Positions 59,086 through 64,000 of a DNA stretch of 64,000 nt are shown one piece after another. Every line of letters starts with the position of its first letter. Position 1 is the first letter of the stretch. The translations under genes and the position numbers were made by a program. The notes under the pieces are model-generated. The model did not search any database. It was not told where the DNA came from and was given only the letters and a program-made list of their open reading frames with translations. The DNA is from a virus: positions 79,855 to 143,854 of the IMG/VR virus record IMGVR_UViG_3300042261_000588. One strand, written 5' to 3'.

Positions 59086-59856
59086 ATGAAAAAGTTGGTT
59101 AGTAAGGTTGTCATTCTGGCTGTCATCTCCTTGGCTATGTTTGCCTCGGCGCAAACACCATGGGCAGGACATGCGAATTTTGGCGGCAAGGCCAGCAAGA
59201 CTGGAAAACCCACTGGCACTAAGAAATATAAGGTGGACTCTGGTGTTCAGAATAAAAAAACGATGGAAGACACATTTGGCACAATAAAGCCTCTGAGTTC
59301 ATCTGGCTCTGCCAAAGCCGATGCAAATACAGTGATTTGGGACGGTCAAAAAGTAACAATCCGAAGTGGTCAGGTCTTTAATGGATTTGTTTTAGAGCTT
59401 TCCTATGGGACGATAGGTGCGTGTTCAAACACATATCTGATTAAAGAAGGATCAACCGGTAAGATCGTCTTTTCAGAAAGTGAGAAGGACGCTTACTGCG
59501 AAACATTCAGGAAGATCGGCGAAGAGATGGAACGGGCTAAAACGAAAAGAGCTAAATCATTTACAAAGAGTATTCCGTGTTCTGTAGATGGGGTACAATT
59601 TGTGTTTGAATGGACTTCAAAGCCGATTGCGTCTTCAAATAAGAATGCCTTGGAGATTCCAAAAACAATCGATTCCTGTCGTGTTGTTTTTACGAAAACC
59701 GATCTTGTTACGAAGAATGTTTTAACAGGTATTTTTAACAAGCCTGAAATGTTAGGCGAGTTTCTCAAAATATTGACCTCGAAGGATCGGGACATCGTGG
59801 TGGAGTTCAATAAGAGAAATGGGACTCCATCTGATGCTGAGAAAAACTCCAAGTAA
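59086..59856 (+). CDS. exported protein (signal peptide)
   Basis: MKKLVSK + hydrophobic + ASA. Confidence 0.7.
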   Translation: MKKLVSKVVILAVISLAMFASAQTPWAGHANFGGKASKTGKPTGTKKYKVDSGVQNKKTMEDTFGTIKPLSSSGSAKADANTVIWDGQKVTIRSGQVFNGFVLELSYGTIGACSNTYLIKEGSTGKIVFSESEKDAYCETFRKIGEEMERAKTKRAKSFTKSIPCSVDGVQFVFEWTSKPIASSNKNALEIPKTIDSCRVVFTKTDLVTKNVLTGIFNKPEMLGEFLKILTSKDRDIVVEFNKRNGTPSDAEKNSK

Positions 59857-59867
59857 GATTCTTCTCG

Positions 59868-59894
59868 TATTCCGGTTGATTTTTTGGTAATGTA
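59868..59894 (+). promoter_or_regulatory. TATT-N14-GGTAATGTA motif
   Basis: repeated motif. Confidence 0.6.
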
Positions 59895-60076
59895 GTGATA
59901 TGGAAGAGACCAAAACTATCGAAGAACCACGCAAGGCAGTGGACTCAACCAATGCCGCCTATGGCGAAGTTCTGGCTGCCAGCCGAAAGGCTACAACTGC
60001 CGCTTACTGCGCTCATGCAGATGTTAAGGCTGTTTACACCGCTCTCGCCGACGCCATTTCGGGATAAGGAGACTCT

Positions 60077-60778
60077 ATGAACAGGTGGTGGATCGCTGAT
60101 ACCCATTTTAATCACGCAAACATAGCGAAGTATACAAATCGTCCTCAATTGAAGCCGGGCGACTTGGATGCGTCTGGGGAATGGGTATCTCCAGATGTCG
60201 CTTTTCAGCGTGCTGAGAAGATGAATGCCGATCTTATTCGTGATTGCAATCAACGGGTTAAGATGGGTGATACGGTGGTCTGCGTGGGTGACTTCTCCTG
60301 CCGTGGTGGAGAGAAGGGAGTTCGTGGTCTGCATGTCGCTCCTGCAATAATTCAGGCTCAGTTGAATGGCAATTGGGTAATTATCGATGGCAATCACGAC
60401 AAACAAAATGGCGTCAAGTCTGTTGCCAACTTCATGTCCTGTGAGATCGCCAAGTATCGAGTTGGTGTCCAGCATCGTCCGCTTCAAGATGAGGAAGCCT
60501 ATCTGAAGTGGAAGGCTCTTTCTCCCGCTGAGAAGGCGGCTAATCCGTGGCGAGATCGCATGTCCGATCAGTGGCGGGAGCATGAGTTTATTCACGCTTC
60601 CTACTGCCGGAGAATGTTTGACTTCATGATTTGTGGACACGTTCACAATGCATGGAAGGTCAAGAAGGTCGCTGGTATCTGGCATGTGAATGTCGGTGTG
60701 GATGTGAATCGCTATATGCCTATCAATGATCAAGAGGTTGTCCAGATTTACGAGAAGGCCGTGAGAGGTGTAGAATGA
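60077..60778 (+). CDS. calcineurin-like metallophosphoesterase
   Basis: ADTHF.H, VGDF, GNHD, CGHVH, NVGVD. Confidence 0.9.
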   Translation: MNRWWIADTHFNHANIAKYTNRPQLKPGDLDASGEWVSPDVAFQRAEKMNADLIRDCNQRVKMGDTVVCVGDFSCRGGEKGVRGLHVAPAIIQAQLNGNWVIIDGNHDKQNGVKSVANFMSCEIAKYRVGVQHRPLQDEEAYLKWKALSPAEKAANPWRDRMSDQWREHEFIHASYCRRMFDFMICGHVHNAWKVKKVAGIWHVNVGVDVNRYMPINDQEVVQIYEKAVRGVE

Positions 60779-61215
60779 CTAAGCAAGAACAAAAGATGCT
60801 TCAAGAGGTTGCTCTGAGGAACGCCATCGCAAGATATCGGGCAAAGTCCAAGACGGCATCGCTTCCAGAAGTGGGTATTTTCTGGATTGATCTCAAAGGG
60901 ACGATGTTCTCCGAGAGCGTTTCAATCAGGGACGCAGAGGATTTCGGAGACTTCAAAATCTTCGGTGGGGATCACTATAACTTGTGGTACAAGGCTGTGC
61001 GTGAAAACCCGCAGTGGGACGGTCTCGAATATGAGGATGTTCCTCGTGGTCGTGTTATCTGGCACAATATCCCGAAGAAGCCTGAGTTCGTCGTTTATCT
61101 GCCCAAGGAGATACTTCGGTATAAGGGCAAGGTGATTACTCAGTTCAATCTTCCAATTGGTCATGTTCGTTTCGATACGACCGACGAGCACTATCGGATG
61201 GTTGCTGGACAATAA
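60775..61215 (+). CDS. hypothetical protein
   Basis: VGIFW..H...YEDVPRGRV. Confidence 0.65.
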   Translation: MTKQEQKMLQEVALRNAIARYRAKSKTASLPEVGIFWIDLKGTMFSESVSIRDAEDFGDFKIFGGDHYNLWYKAVRENPQWDGLEYEDVPRGRVIWHNIPKKPEFVVYLPKEILRYKGKVITQFNLPIGHVRFDTTDEHYRMVAGQ

Positions 61216-61217
61216 CG

Positions 61218-61445
61218 ATGTGTGACGAAAAAGTCAAGCTGCGATTGAAGATGCCAGCAGACCTGAGCCGGACTGGAAAGGTCTATACAAGAGATGTGCC
61301 GATTGACGCTTGCATTGCTCCACTCGTTGACGCTCTGAACAAGGCTGGCATATTGACTCGACAATCGTGTTGTGGTCATGGTAAAGTCAATGGATTCATA
61401 GAGTTACAGGACGGAAGAACACTTATCATTCAAGGGAGTTTGTAA
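61218..61445 (+). CDS. small protein with IDACIAPLV..T..SCCGH motif
   Basis: ORF, recurrent phage motif. Confidence 0.6.
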   Translation: MCDEKVKLRLKMPADLSRTGKVYTRDVPIDACIAPLVDALNKAGILTRQSCCGHGKVNGFIELQDGRTLIIQGSL

Positions 61446-61448
61446 CAT

Positions 61449-61684
61449 GACATGGCGGGAGAAAGTAGACTCAGGTAACTGCTTCTAGAGCAGAAATACG
61501 ACCAGAGAAACGCCGGAGGCTGGCAGTGTTGGTCGGACCAGCACGCGCCATCAGGGCTTTGGACATCAGAAGTCAGAGCCCTGATGGCGGGCCGGTCCGA
61601 CACGGGTTTAAAAACCTAAAAGGCATTGTCAAGTGTCGGCGAATAATACTGGGAAAAGGGTTGAAATCTCCCGTCATGTCGCCA
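61449..61684 (+). ncRNA. tRNA-scaffold ncRNA candidate ending in GCCA
   Basis: GACATGGCGGGAGA/TCTCCCGTCATGTC, long internal hairpins, T run after. Confidence 0.6.
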
Positions 61685-61694
61685 TTTTTTTTCA

Positions 61695-61720
61695 TATTCT
61701 GACTGACTTTTGGTAATGTA
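61695..61720 (+). promoter_or_regulatory. TATT-N13-GGTAATGTA motif
   Basis: repeated motif. Confidence 0.7.
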
Positions 61721-61826
61721 TCGACATGAAGATCGAAGTTATTTTATTTTTCTCGCTTGCGATTCCACTCGCATACGCATGGGATGCTATTCGTGATTTA
61801 AGGAAAGAAATCAAGGAATTAAAGAA

Positions 61827-61898
61827 GGCCAACGCCGGGGCTCATGCTTCGGCACGTAGCGAAGCGGAGTGCCGATAGCATGAAGCCTATTGTTGGGC
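61827..61898 (+). mobile_element. attC-like site
   Basis: GGCCAAC..TCATGCT-TCGGCAC..GTGCCGA-T-AGCATGA..GTTGGGC. Confidence 0.65.
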
Positions 61899-62398
61899 CG
61901 TCTTCTGATTTCTGTCTAACGCCAGATGTTATTGCTGCGGATATTGTGCGTCATTTTGCGCCGACAGGATGTATGCTTGACCCGTGCAAGGGTGAAGGCG
62001 CATTCCTGCGCCACATGCCCGGTTCGGAATGGTGCGAGATTCGGGAGGGGCGGGACTTCTTCGAGTGGAATAGACCGGTTGACTGGATTGTGAGCAATCC
62101 GCCATATTCTTGTTTTCGGAAGTGGTTACGGCACAGCAGACAAATTGCAGAGAACATTGTGTATCTTGTTCCAGTGTTCAAGGCAACAAACTCCTGTCAG
62201 ATATGGAAAGATTCATTGTCGTGGGGGGAGGTAAGGGAAATGAGAATCTATATCAATTCTGGTATTCCGTGGCAACGAGGGCGACCATTATGTGCGACCC
62301 ATTGGCAGAAAGGTTATCACGGGGCAATGGATGTTTCATACTACAAGCCCAACGCCGGGGCTCATGCTTCGACACGAAGCGGAGGGCCGATAGCATGA
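61880..62398 (+). CDS. N6-adenine DNA methyltransferase (NPPY)
   Basis: LDPCKGEGAF, DFF, VSNPPYS. Confidence 0.85.
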   Translation: MKPIVGPSSDFCLTPDVIAADIVRHFAPTGCMLDPCKGEGAFLRHMPGSEWCEIREGRDFFEWNRPVDWIVSNPPYSCFRKWLRHSRQIAENIVYLVPVFKATNSCQIWKDSLSWGEVREMRIYINSGIPWQRGRPLCATHWQKGYHGAMDVSYYKPNAGAHASTRSGGPIA

Positions 62399-62413
62399 AG
62401 CCTATTGTTGTAC
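62347..62413 (+). mobile_element. attC-like site
   Basis: near-identical to 61827 site. Confidence 0.65.
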
Positions 62414-63090
62414 GTCTTTCCGATTCCGTGATGATCATCCACGGGGACTGCCGGGATGTTTCGGCAATGTTTTCAAATGCGGACTGCCTGTTTATGGACC
62501 CTCCGTTTGATGAGTGGGAGGGCGTTTCTGTGGACGGCAAAGAAACGACCGTCTGTTTCACAAACTGGCAGAACCGCAACTATGTCGAGCAAAAGTATGG
62601 AAAGCCGCGTTGCGAAATTGTGTGGCACTTCAAAGATGGAAGATGGGTTAGCCATACCCTTCCGCGCATAACACATGAATCAATTTTGATCTATGGGAAA
62701 ACTGGTGATGCTTATGTTGGTGAAAAGAATGCCGACATGACTCCGAAAAACAAGGGGGCCGGGTGTGTCGGGCGCGACAAAATGCCAAAAAGAATGTGGA
62801 CGCCGAGGGAACGGAAGGCAATCAACTCGGTGGTTGAGTTTCCGCGCAATGTTTCTGGATCAATGGGGTGCTGGGGGAAACCCGTTGAGTTGATGGATTT
62901 GCTTGTTCGTTGGGTTTGTCCGCAAAAAATGGTGGCTGACCCGTTTATGGGTAGCGCGTCGTGCGGAGTTGCCTGCATAAGAAACGGGATTCCGTACATA
63001 GGCGTAGAAAAAGACGCAGACACATTCGCCACGGCGCGGAAACGGCTGGAGCAGGTGGTGCTGAACGTGAAGGAGGTGCATCATGGTTGA
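62395..63090 (+). CDS. N4/N6 DNA methyltransferase
   Basis: HGDC, DPPF, KP, DPFMGS, IGVE. Confidence 0.85.
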   Translation: MKPIVVRLSDSVMIIHGDCRDVSAMFSNADCLFMDPPFDEWEGVSVDGKETTVCFTNWQNRNYVEQKYGKPRCEIVWHFKDGRWVSHTLPRITHESILIYGKTGDAYVGEKNADMTPKNKGAGCVGRDKMPKRMWTPRERKAINSVVEFPRNVSGSMGCWGKPVELMDLLVRWVCPQKMVADPFMGSASCGVACIRNGIPYIGVEKDADTFATARKRLEQVVLNVKEVHHG

Positions 63091-63355
63091 AGTCATTATC
63101 TACATGGGTCAGTGGCACTCGCGCACGACGATTCCGCGCCCTGTCTCTGGAGACACCATCCGGCATCGCGGGAGGTTGCTCCCGGTCAAAGCCGTGACGC
63201 TCCGGTCTGGATCGCCAATCGTCGAGGTGAGCGTGGACGAAATGCACACATATTCCGAGTGGGACATGCGCAACGACGGATGGGAGTTCACTCCGAACAG
63301 CGCGATATGCGTCAACGCCGAGGCTCACGGGCTGGCGACCGAAGGGAGGCGATAG
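63083..63355 (+). CDS. hypothetical protein
   Basis: AGGAGG RBS. Confidence 0.55.
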   Translation: MVEVIIYMGQWHSRTTIPRPVSGDTIRHRGRLLPVKAVTLRSGSPIVEVSVDEMHTYSEWDMRNDGWEFTPNSAICVNAEAHGLATEGRR

Positions 63356-63356
63356 C

Positions 63357-63677
63357 ATGGAGCCTACTACTGACACTACCGAAAGAAACAAGCGAATCTG
63401 GAAGAGCTACGTCTGGCACGGCGATAAGTGCTACTTCGTCTCTACGATAGAGCGCACCTTCGACACCTGTGGCGGGAGCAGAAGAGGTCAAGAGACACTC
63501 GTTTGGGACTACGACTGGGACAAATCAGAAAGAGGGGATTTGGTGCATCAAGGGAGAGGCGTGTGCGACCATGAGCGCATCTGCCGCTGTATAATCGCGG
63601 AGGGCATCATGCCGGATGAGGATGATCCTCGCACGGCACGGTTTTTTGGGGGATCAATAGCGCGAACACAAAGCTGA
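63357..63677 (+). CDS. hypothetical protein
   Basis: GGAGG RBS within attC-like element. Confidence 0.6.
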   Translation: MEPTTDTTERNKRIWKSYVWHGDKCYFVSTIERTFDTCGGSRRGQETLVWDYDWDKSERGDLVHQGRGVCDHERICRCIIAEGIMPDEDDPRTARFFGGSIARTQS

Positions 63678-63866
63678 CTGGCGGCTTGCCCGCCAAGGAG
63701 AACAAACCAAGGAGAACAAACCATGAAGAACAACCAGAAACCATCGCGGGCCAGCCGTAGTGCTCGACGCTCTCGTTCGCCGGCAAAGCAGTGGGCGCAA
63801 CAAATCCAAGAGGAGGGCATGCTGCCGGATGACCCAAATGATCCACTGTTGCAGGACTCTGATAAC

Positions 63867-63981
63867 AACGCCCGGCTTGACCGACAGGAGGAAGTACGAT
63901 GAGTGGATGCAAAGAACACCCGGACGGACAGCGTGGCTGTGGGGATTGTGCAGAGGTTGGGCTACTTGAGCGAATTGCCGA
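63867..63981 (+). repeat. ~115-bp copy of 49561-49677
   Basis: near-identical CAACGCCCGGCTTGA...GAATTGCCGAG. Confidence 0.85.
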
Positions 63982-64000
63982 GGGTCTTCCTGTGAATTCG

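Overview
A 64-kb segment of a large (jumbo/huge-type) bacteriophage genome. Nearly all genes are on the + strand, and no capsid or terminase genes were recognised. Left to right: (1) 1-4.3 kb: Cas4-like nuclease, RuvC-like resolvase, amidohydrolase, and the only convincing minus-strand gene (HNH + Rep/TrfA-like), which sits next to short direct repeats. (2) 4.6-20.2 kb: a block of small proteins and polyproteins sharing an amphipathic 'RIAxRVA / ELLxIAKxL' tag. Their payload domains include topoisomerase IB, a zeta-like kinase, NDT-like, ART-like, 2H phosphoesterase, WGR and ChaB. (3) 20-40 kb: DNA modification and metabolism. This includes an intein-containing N4/N6 MTase flanked by two free-standing copies of a segment it lacks, a Dam-like MTase, a glycosyltransferase, a sigma-like protein, class II RNR, four ParB/Srx-like paralogs, two C5 MTases (one with a mini-intein), patatin and IscS. 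(4) 41-52 kb: about 22 tRNAs behind a leader-peptide attenuator, mixed with four Y-RNA-like (YrlA-like) RNAs, other tRNA-scaffold ncRNAs, ClpS, a Flp pilin and lipoproteins. (5) 49-64 kb: a variable region with most of the seven copies of a TATT-N13-GGTAATGT promoter-like motif, attC-like cassette sites, a GC-rich island and local duplications. All assignments come from reading motifs by eye; no searches were run.
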